A stretch of DNA of 64,000 nt from Geosiphon pyriformis uo1. Its lineage: Eukaryota > Fungi > Glomeromycota. Positions 25,019 through 35,900 of the stretch are shown one piece after another (position 1 is the first letter of the stretch; the number at the start of each line of letters is the position of its first letter). Both the position numbers and the translations under genes were made by a program. The notes under the pieces were generated by a model. It was not told the origin of the DNA. It was given only the letters and a program-made list of their open reading frames with translations, and ran no database searches. The stretch is from the NCBI GenBank assembly GCA_016748015.1, contig JAAOMT010000273.1, positions 118,375-182,374 on the forward strand, read 5' to 3'.

Positions 25019-28000
25019 GTGGCAACCACACCAGGCACAACAACTTTAGAGTATTATCAGTCAATTTACACCCACTGCAAGCAAAGATTCAACATCCCAG
25101 ATGGAATTGAAGTTGTCAAGAAATCAGTATACCAATATATTGAAAATTGCATTAACAATTATCTTTTTGAAAACTACAACATTTCAGAAGTTAGAAGCAA
25201 CCTTTACAATAATTTAGTGCACTATTTACAATTGGGAACAGAAGACCTGAACAGTGAAACACTTGTTACCTACTTCCAAGAACTTAATTTTAATATTATT
25301 GAGTACTGTGAAGAAAAATACCCAGTATAGCCCAAATATTCTTTTAATTTTAAATCAGAAACAGAGACAAGCAACAAAGGCAAACAAAAAATAAAACAAT
25401 ACTCAAAAACCACTCCAAACACTCCAACACTACCAAAGACAACTGCCAAACACTTGCAAACACCTGAACAAAGAACCAGTGTTAAATTACCACTTTCTAT
25501 TACATCATTTCCAATTTCACTTGTTTAACCACAAACACCAAGTTCACCACTTAACCATTTCTCCAGACCAGAAGATTTTCAGTCACCTAGAAATCCTACT
25601 CAACAATAGAAACCAATATTAACAAGTGCCAATATCATTGATTACTTACAGGAAAACGAAAGTAATCATTCAGAAAGCTTGGAAAGTGAAGAAACTGAAC
25701 CAGAACCAGAAGAAGCCACAGAAAACAAAGAAAAAATGGCAACTGCTTATATTGCAAAGATTCTAGAATTCATGGGTGAAGATAATGATACCAGTTCTCA
25801 AGAATGGCTTGACAAAGTTCAAAAAGCAGGAAATGCAAATGGTTGGATTGCAGCAAAAATGCTTAAAGCAATTCCCTACTTTCTCCAAGAAACAGTAGAA
25901 AAATGGTTTGAAAATTTAGAAGAACCATTTGAAAACTGGCAAGCATTCAAAAATGCTTTTCTATAACAATTCACCAACAACAATACCTCTATCACTCTCC
26001 ACAATTGCTTTCGCAATATCAAACAAGAAACATCTGAAACTGTCATGATCTATCTTGGAAGATTCAACAAACTTCTTAGACGAATTTAACAATTGGAAAC
26101 CAATGACTACTATTTGGATGCCCAAATTCTGAACCAGTTTATAGCAAGATTAAAAGACAAACTGATTAAGAAAGTCCACTCACATGCTCCAGCAGACTTA
26201 GCAACTGCCATTAGACATGTAAAGAGCTATGAAATGGCAATGAAAGAAGCAAATCACACCAAGCTTGTAAATCTTGTAATTGGAAAAACCAGCTCAGCAG
26301 CTGAAGAGAAGATAGACCAACTCACAAAAAAGGTTGAAAGCTACTTTACAAACCAACAACAGCAGCAACAACAACCCCAAAAATATCAACCACCACAGCA
26401 ATGCAACCAAAACAACTTTGGACCACCATCTAACAACCAATCTCAAAATTGTCACTATTGTGGAATTCCAGAATACTGGAAATGAAATTGCAGGAAACTA
26501 CAAAGAGACCAACAAAACAGGAGTAATCAATGTTACTTTTCACCACAATCTTATTACCAACCTCCACCACCAATTTATTATTCACCGAGACCACAAATTC
26601 AAAACAGCTATTATCAACCAGCTCCACAACCAATTCAACAACAATATCAGCAACCTTTACCAATTCAGCAATATCAGATACCACCCACTCAACAATATCA
26701 AGTACCAGCAAGAAGATTGGTTCAACATAACCAATTCACACTTCAAAATTAATTTCAAAATAACAACAACAGAATTAATCTAAATAACCAGTTGGTTCCC
26801 CGAAATTCTGGTTAGCAAAGACCCAATCACTATCACACTCAACCCAGTTATCTTACAATACCAGAGAAATCGGATTTTCAACAATCTGCACTTTCTGAAG
26901 GTGAAGTTGCAGCATCTAGATCAAACCCTTCCAACAACACTATTTTACCAGCTCAAATTGCCCAAAATGCCAACCTTTCAGATATATTTTCATTCGAATT
27001 TGAAGCAAATGAATCACCATTCTTGCTTAGTAATGCAGTAACTAATGAACAAAAAGCTATCACTGCCATGTACACTGAAGCTACAGTAGAAGGAAAACCC
27101 ATCTGACTAATTCTAGACAGTGGATTAGCTGAAAGTATTATCATCTACCAGTTAATGCAACAGCTTCAAAGAACTGTTGACAGACCAGCCCAAACTGTAA
27201 TTGTTACAGCAGATGGTATGAAAAAGACACCAGTAGAAGAAATTGACAATTTTCCATTCACCATTAATGGAATTACCATTCTAGTCAAAGTTCTAGTCAT
27301 AGATGCACCCCAATACCAAGCTCTAGTCAGAAATGATTGGCTTCTCAAGGCCAATGCAAACTTGAACTGGGAAACTCAGGAATTAAAAATCTTATATCAA
27401 GGACAATATACCATAGTATCTGCTACTTGTGGAACTTTTAATAAACGATTAGAAAAAGCCCCAGAATTTGAATTTGAAGAGGAGAAAGAAATACCACTTA
27501 CTGAAACCTACATGGCTCTTGGATCAACATCCAATTGGGCTGAAAAAACAGAACAGGAGATTTTTGAAGAATCAAGAGGATGAAAGAAAGTTAGATATTT
27601 TACACCAGAATCACAGAAACAGCCACCCTATATTCCACTCAAATGCAAAGATTGCAACAAAAAACTTTTATCAATGGGAGCATATATTTTTCCAGAAAAG
27701 GAATATGAAACTTGTACCTGTTACTTTTGCAAAGCATGCCATAGAGAACGATTTGGATCTTCAAAAAGAAGTAGAAAATGGAACAACACACCTTGTCTTA
27801 CATGTAGAGATATGCTACCAGAAGAATGCAACTGGATTGATGTTGCAATAAGAGGAGGAGTATGTGATCAAATCTGTCAATATGCTCTATCAATTTCGGA
27901 AAAAGTCAGAAAAAGAACACCATTTGACGCAGCATACAACAGTGCTTTTAATAAACTTTACTACTACTCTCATAATGCTGAAATAATTTTTGACCTAGCA

Positions 28001-30638
28001 ATAGCATTGATCAATAGAGCCACCTAAGAAGATGTCTGCCAAATAAAAAAAGCTGAATACATTGAGTATACCATGGAATTAGCTGGATTTGATTATGAAG
28101 ATAAAGTAGAAACCTACCACCAAATTGCAAGCCACACATATCCGACCAAAGAAGCTCAAATTCAATGATTAGAGCAAATAAACATTTAATTGTGTGAAGA
28201 ATATGTTATGCCTTGTAATGACCAATGGTGTTTAGAATGTTATGCTCTTAGCATTTCTCTGCCAGATGAAAATGATGAAAATAAAATCGAATTTAGAGTA
28301 TCTGAACTAGTAGAAGAACTACCAACCACCTCCATCTATCTTCTTGAAAAGCAACCACCTCTACAACTTAAATATTTCGACAACCATGGCCAAGGAATCA
28401 AACCAGAAAAAGCACACGAAATTGATGCTGGATATAACTTAAGATACCCAGAAAAAGATATTTTGGTTCTCCAACCAAAGTCTTTGACAAAAATCAATCT
28501 CAAAATTGTTCTCAAAATTCCACTAGGAGCAATGGTTCAAGTTGCCTCCAGATCATCATTGGCAAGCAAAAGAATCAATATTAGAGGAGGAGTTATAGAT
28601 ACAGAATACACTGGAGACATTATCATCATGTTACAGAATGAGACAAACAAACCATTCAAAATTGAACATGCTGAAAAAATTGTTCAAGCAATTTACTTAC
28701 CCTTAATCAATATTTCAGGTTTACAATTAGTAAACAACAGAGAACAATTGGGAAAAAGTGAAAGAGGAACTCAAGGTTTTGGTTCAACTGGACAATTTAC
28801 AGTTCCAATAAACATAGCTCTTAATACACAAAATAAATCTCATCAGATTCTTCAACTTTTCCAGCCAATTACCATTTCACTTTTTGGAGAATATCATGAA
28901 ATTTACACTTGCTCAAAACCCACTACTACTCAACAAATCTTTGAATCCAATGAACAAATCTGTTTGAAACATGAAATCTCAATTCCAAACGTTTATATTC
29001 CCAAAGGAATAAAAAATTTCAAGTTACATTCTACAACCCCAATAATTACTCTATTGTCTTATTAAACAAACTAGAGATTGGAATCATACACAGCAATATT
29101 TTTCAAGATGAAAACTCTCAAATTGTCTTTAATTTCATCGAAATTGTAAAGTACACTCTACTCCCAAATCCAAATATTATTTCTACTACTGAAAACTACC
29201 ACCTTTTGGAAGAAAAACTCTCTCAAATCAACATGGGTCCCTTGGAACCCCAACAACAAAGACAATTGAAACAATTAATAGCTGAATTTGCAGATATATT
29301 TGCAAAAGACAACAATGACTTGGGAAAAACGGATATTGTTCAACATTAGATTCATACAGGAGATGCTCCACCAAATGTCAATAAGCTTATTGAGTGCCAT
29401 CTACCAGCCACCAATTCATCAGAGAAGAAGTCCAGAGAATGCTTAATAACAGATTGATTCAACCATCAAGAAGTCCTTGGGCCTCACCAGTAGTCCTTGT
29501 CAAAAAAAAAAATGGAAAAATCAGATTTTGTGTTGACTATTGCCAATTGAACAATGTGACAATTGGAGATGCCTACTCTCTTCCAAGAATTGATGACATG
29601 TTAGATGTTCTAAGAAAAGCCAAGTTCTTCTCAACTTTAGACTTGGAAAGTGGATATTGACAAGTCGAAATAGACCCAAAAGATCGACCCAAAACAGTAT
29701 TTACCACCCAGGAAGGAAACTATGAGTTTAATGTTATGTCTTTTGGATTCTGCAATGCACCAGCAACATTCCAGCAACTCATGGATGTTGTATATGAAGG
29801 ACTCTTGTGGCAATTAGTAGTTGTCTATCTTGATAACACTGATGTATACTCACCAAGCTTTAAGACTCATCTTATCCATCTACGAGAAGTTTTTCAACGA
29901 TTATGGAAAGCAAGATTGAAGTTAAACATTAAAAAATATCACTTTGGAAAAACAAGCCTAATCTTCCTCAGACACATTGTTAGCAAAGATGGAGTCAAAA
30001 CAAATCCTGGAACAATCAGTGCTGTCAAAAACTTTCAAACTCCCAGAAATACCACAGAACTAGGAGAATTTGTAAAATTAGCCTCTTACTATCAAAAATT
30101 CATAAAAAGATTCTTAGAAATTGCCAAACCATTCAATTATCTTACCAACAAAAACGTGCCATACAAATAGACTGAAGAACAACAAAAAGCTTTTGAAACT
30201 CTCAAAACAAAATTGACAACAGCCCCAGTTCTTGCTTACCCAGACTTCAACAAATGGTTCCAATTAGCCACTGATGCTTTACACATAGCATTTGGTGCCA
30301 TTTTATCACAATTGAATGGAAATGGCCAGGAACAAGTCATTGTTTATGCCAGTAGAACACTCAAGCCAACAGAATTCAAATATGGCTCAACTGAATTGGA
30401 AGCCACTGCAGTCATCTGGGCTCTTAAACATTTTCAACAATACCTGAAGAATGAAAAAGAATTTGACATAATAACTAACAATATTGGCCTCAAATGACTT
30501 AATAAAAAGAAAACTGAACAAAGTGCCAAACAGTCTTGATGGAATGACTTCCTAGTAGACTACAGATACATTGTACATCACAAACCAGGAAAACTACATA
30601 CCAATATTGATAGCCTTTCAAGAATGAGACAAGACTAA
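25019..30638 (+). pseudogene. Element C gag-pol: extension, capsid (M at 25736), CCHC, protease, Cys-rich insert, dUTPase, RT, RNase H
   Basis: Gag through dUTPase lies in one frame; a poly-A slip at ~29010 shifts to the RT frame. Motifs LILDSG, FCVDYCQLN, LDLESGY, YLDN, ATDAL. Confidence 0.9.
28360..28795 (+). pseudogene. dut: Element C dUTPase domain
   Basis: DAGYNL, ASRSSL, GGVIDTEYTG, EKIVQ, ERGTQGFGSTG. Confidence 0.93.
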
Positions 30639-30695
30639 CACCAACAACAATTCCATTATAACTTACCAACCTACCAACAAAATAACCAAACAACA

Positions 30696-32044
30696 ATAGA
30701 TCTCAGAAACTACAGCAATCTTAAAAACTATTTAGAGACCCTTACCATGTCAGAGAATTGGTCTCTAAGTGAAAAACATCATTTACAATACCAATCAAAG
30801 CAATATTTCATACACCACAACAAAATCTATTATAAAAATCACAGAAACCCAAACCAACCACTCAGATTAGTACAAGAGAATGAAAAAGAAACAATTTTAT
30901 ATAACATGCACACAGATCTATCTTCAGCACACTTGGGAAAAGATGGAACAATTCAAAGAACTCTTGAACATTATTTTTGGTCTCATATGCAAAAAGACAT
31001 TTGACAATATATAGAATCTTGTGATAGTTGTCAAAAAAGAGGAGGAACTCACTCCACAGAATCTTTAAATCCAATCAAAGTTGGACAACCTTTTGACAGA
31101 GTTGGAATTAATTTAGTTGGACCATTACCTATTACAACCCAAGGAAATTGCTATATTGCAGTAGCAGTAGATTATCTTACCAAATGGCCTGAAGCTAGAG
31201 CCATCCAAAGAGCAGATGCAAAATCAGTAGCAGATTTCATCTATGAAGACATTATTTGTAGACATGGATGTTCAATTGAACTCTTATCTGATCAAGGAAC
31301 ACATTTTGTGAATGGTTCAATGTCAAAAGATTTTTATTATCACCTTATCACCCTCAAACAAATGGACTTGTAGAATGTTTCAACAGAATATTGTGTGAAT
31401 CTCTAGCCAAAGTCTCAACAGACTTTGAGCAGAAATGGGATATCTTTATTCCATCAGTGTTACTAGCATACAGAACACTAAAACAAGATACTACAAAACA
31501 CACACTATTTGACCTTACTTATGGAAGGACAGCAACATTACCAATTAATTTCACAGTAGAAACATATTCAGTGCAACCAATCAATGAAGAAACACTCCAA
31601 AGAAGGGCCTACACTCTTTTCAGTACACTGGAAGGAAAAAGAAGAATAGCAGCAATTTACATTGAATATTTCCAAGCTTAACAAAAAGAAAGACATGACA
31701 ACAAATTACCACCCATTATTAACGAATTTAAAGTTGGAAATAAAGTTTTCTTATACAGAACTAAGGCTGAAAAACAATGGAGTGGAAAATTTGAAAACAA
31801 ATGGGATGGACCATTTTATATTTACGAAATTCTAGGCAATAGATCATACAAGTTAAGACTTGATGATAAAATACTAGCAAAAGTTGCACATGGAAACAGA
31901 TTGAAACACTATCATTCCAAAAACAATTCTGAAACATTAATTCCACAAATTGGTACACATTCCCCTTTAATTAATCCTGAAGATATTCCTCGAAATTTAG
32001 AACCAATAATTATAATAGAACAACAACCAAACTTGAACACTTAA
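30696..32044 (+). pseudogene. Element C integrase (small internal deletion near 31315)
   Basis: HTDLSSAH..CDSC, GINLVGPL, LLSDQGTHF, SPYHPQTNGLVE, WDGPF. Confidence 0.9.
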
Positions 32045-32242
32045 ATTTTACAATAATTTTTTAATAAAAACACAAAGACAAAAAAATAGTAAATAATTAC
32101 AAAAAACACCCAAACCCAAAAACAAATAAAAACAAATAAAAACCCCATATCCAAAAATAATTTTCTTTATTCTCTCTTTTCATAATTAGTTAATTTTATT
32201 ATAATTATTTCCCGAAATATTCAACAAATATCCCAAAAGTTA

Positions 32243-32908
32243 ATGTTAGCCTTAAAAACACTTTCTGACTTATCCATAACGATTAATGGAAGTTAAATTA
32301 ATTACATTTAGAAAAAAACCACAGCCCCAATAGTAAATCATTTACAGAACTATTACTCCTATAGAAGAAAAACAAGAAGTCACTCTGAAAATAGGTTACC
32401 AAGACTTTTGAAGCAAGCACTAGAAAAAAAATTTTTAATTGCTCCTATTGACATTCCACCAAATGCTACAATGCAACAAAAACTTCTATTACTTCTCAAT
32501 GAACAGAACAATGAACATACCCCTATTTATAAATACTTTCACATTGGAAAGACATTTTATGAACAAAAACTAGAACTTGAAACAACAAATCTCACTTCTG
32601 AAGCTATACAAAAACAAATTCATAATGAATTCAAAACAGCAGCTGGACCAACAAACACTCGCTACAAACTTAAAGCAGCTTTTAGACTCTATGATTTGTT
32701 TAATACTTGTGAAAATGTTCTACAAAATCCAATACTGCAATCAATGAAAGTCCAATACATTGGCAAACTTACAGAACTGAAATTTCAACAATTTTCAGAC
32801 CAGATTACTTCAATTATTTTGGATCACTATCTTAATATTACAGATAGTGCTTGGACTTTGACGGAGCTCAGTCTTGAGAAGGAGATTATGTTACCAGTAG
32901 AATTTTAG
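32243..32908 (+). pseudogene. Element C ORF3
   Basis: 166-aa open segment (32408-32908) plus an in-frame upstream ATG at 32243; runs into the 3' LTR. Confidence 0.75.
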
Positions 32909-35900
32909 CTATTAATTAGCATGAAATTACTCTTATAATTCTTATAATTAATTAGTATATTAATATCATTTCAAATTATCATTTATTATTTAATCAATTA
33001 TCACATATCATGATTTAATTAAATAATCCAATTAGTATAACAGAAAGTAGGATGATCAAATTACACAATATTCTGAACTTTGTAACATTCAAAAATTCGC
33101 CGAAATTTACAGAAATTCGCCGAAATTTATAAGAAATTCACTAAAATTTATAGAAATTCGCCGAAATTATGAATAGTTCACCCAAATTAATCAATAGTTC
33201 AGCGAAATAACTTGTAGTCTATCAAAATATATCTTTAGTTCACCAAAATTTGAGCAAAGAGAAAAAGTGCAAGTTTATAGACTAGTACTACAACAAGTTG
33301 TATAAAAAAAAGCTTTTCTCTTCAAGAAAATGTATCTTACTTTAGATTTATCACTTAGAACCATTCTTATACACACAAAAAGAAATAAATATCAAATAAA
33401 TTTGAAAAATCAAATTTTTTAATTATTGCACTTGAAAAATCTCCAAAACCCAACTAACGTTTTGAAATTAATTAGCTACCAATTTCAGTAAACTATTAAT
33501 GACTCCAGGCCTGGATAGAAAACATTTTCCTTGATAAAATTCTATTTCTTTTACATTTCTTTTATTTTTCTTTTCTTTTCTTATTACAATCATTAAGGTA
33601 GTCTACAGACGAAATTTTTGTAGAAGAGTTGACTTTTACAGCAAAGTAACTACACATTTTTAGTGAGCTTCCAGATGAGCAATTCCTGGGAAAGAGTTGA
33701 TGTTTACTACAATGTAACTACATAAAGTAACTGACATGGAATTGGCCATTCCACCCATAAGCCCAGCAGTTCAAATTATAGAAGATAATTTGAAGATAAA
33801 TTCAGTTATTGGAGGTTCAACTACTTCTAGAAAACATGAATTTGCAACCAACAGATATTTACAACATTTAAGAAAAGAAACCAAAAACCTCTGGTAACAT
33901 CGGCTGGATTTATGACTACTTGCCAATAATTATTATCTAAATCCAATATTGAAAACCATTTCTTTTTACCAAAAGCATCAAATAATTTTTGAATCAGTAG
34001 GATTGAGTAATTGTCTCCATAAGTAACTCTATTAAGTTTTTTATAATCTACACAAAAGTGAATTTTTCCATTCTTTTTATAGACTAGTATTACTGGTAAT
34101 AACTATAAATTTATGAATAGTTAAATTAACCCATTGTTTAGCATTCAATTAATTTTCTGTCAAATAATTTCATAATTGGCTGGTGGTATTTTGTATGCTC
34201 TTTGTTTAATTGGCATGGCATTTTCAGTCTTGATCTGATGCTGAATAATGTCAGTTCTGCCAAACTCATTTTTACTTGCAAAAATATTAGTAAAATTGTT
34301 AAGTAGTATCTTGATTTACATACATTGTAATAAATCTAAGTTTTCCAAGTTTATTTGTTCCAATTGTTTTGATTGGAGCAAATAGTATTTATTTTGTCCA
34401 TATATAGCTTGTGATGTAATATTCACATATCTATATAGTTATAAGAAGTCTAAAATGTGGTTTGGTAATTGGTTCTCAACTTCAGTAGTTAAATATTCAA
34501 TAATAGTTCTTTTTGGTATCTCAATGATGTTTTTAGTTATATTATAGATGGAAATTTTGATATGATGATGGTTCTTGATTGGTATATAGAGATTAGTAAG
34601 TCCAATTTCTTCTGACTCACAAATAGTTGGCTCTGCTTCAAAAATCTGGGCTTGATCCTTCACTTTTTTTTCTATTGTTAACATGTACTAGTTATATAGT
34701 GGAATGGAAATTGGTTGATGGATAGAAATAATTTCTCTCTTGTCAACAACTTCTTTTTCTGTCATATTAATTGGTATGTCTATTCTACTTGTGAATCTAA
34801 ATCTCTTTATCTCTTTTGTTGTAATTCCTAATTTTTCTTTATTTTCTACTAAAACTAACTAAGCTACTTTAATCAGAGGCAGAAATATTGCCTATGCTAT
34901 TTTTTTGTTTGGTTCTATGATATTGATCTTTTCTAAGTTATTTTGTAATATTGCAATAATATTTTCTATATATTCTGCATCAATTATTTTTCCTTATATA
35001 TTGATTTCCTTTTTTACTAAACTACTCCTAGATGCTAGTTGAACCATGGTGGTTGCTGAAATTTCCAGTGCTATTTTGAGATCAATGCAGGTATGTGAAT
35101 GTGGTTTCAATTTGATGGTTTTTTTTTCTGAGTATCTTAAATCAAACTCTGTATCAGTATCATATATATGTTCTGGCATAATACTTTTATTATTATTACT
35201 GAACCATTTCAGTTCTTACTCTTTGGTAAGATCAGGAAATACAATGTATTATTTGGGATTTGAATTGGAGTTTGAATTATTGTTATTTTGGTTGTCATTT
35301 TGAATAGAGCTGGAACCATTATTATTGTTGTTGTTAGTGTCAGAGTTTGAATCAGGATTGAATGTCAATTCTAATTCCAATGCACAGCTGCTGATTGGTT
35401 CTTCCTTCTCTGGAATTATGTAGATCATGCATGGTAGTAGATTGTAAATAAGATTACACTTATTATAATATTGAAAGTCACAGGAAATTAAGCAGTATTG
35501 ACAGAGTTGAGTGTTTAGCTGTTTTAAATATTGCTCTTGTTCTTTTCGGGTAAATGCTAGACTCTGATAATGTTTGTTAAAATGCTCTGAATCATTCTCA
35601 ATATTGTCAAAGACATCAAAAGTAAGAATATATTTAGGTTTTGGAAGAGAAAGTGAATTGTTTTTAATTTCTAACAGTTTACTGGGTGTAGCATTTTCAA
35701 CTTTGGTACTTGCTATTCTCCAGATCTCATGCTCATTGTGTGAGTAACTTTTCAAATGTTTGAGTGCTTATTTCCAAGCATTGTTAATTGGAGTTCTTTT
35801 TCCCACCCAGTTGTTTATTAGAATCGTGTATTGGCACATTTTGTCATATATTTCTCCTCACCCAGAAATGTTATTCTATATTTCTTTATCCAGTAGAATG

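Larger units (their letters stand above)
23975..33899 (+). mobile_element. Full-length Ty3/gypsy element C: LTRs 23975-24973 and 32889-33899
   Basis: TG..CA LTRs; TSD TCAG/TCGG. Excision with a 4-bp TSD restores the B2 RT frame YWQVVINPADKKKT. PBS TGGTGCTTTCCCACGG at 24976; PPT GAGAAGGAGA. Confidence 0.95.

Noticed and set aside
31700-32044. Chromodomain at the integrase C terminus
   Set aside because: Only a GPF module and a short tail are present in A, B and C.
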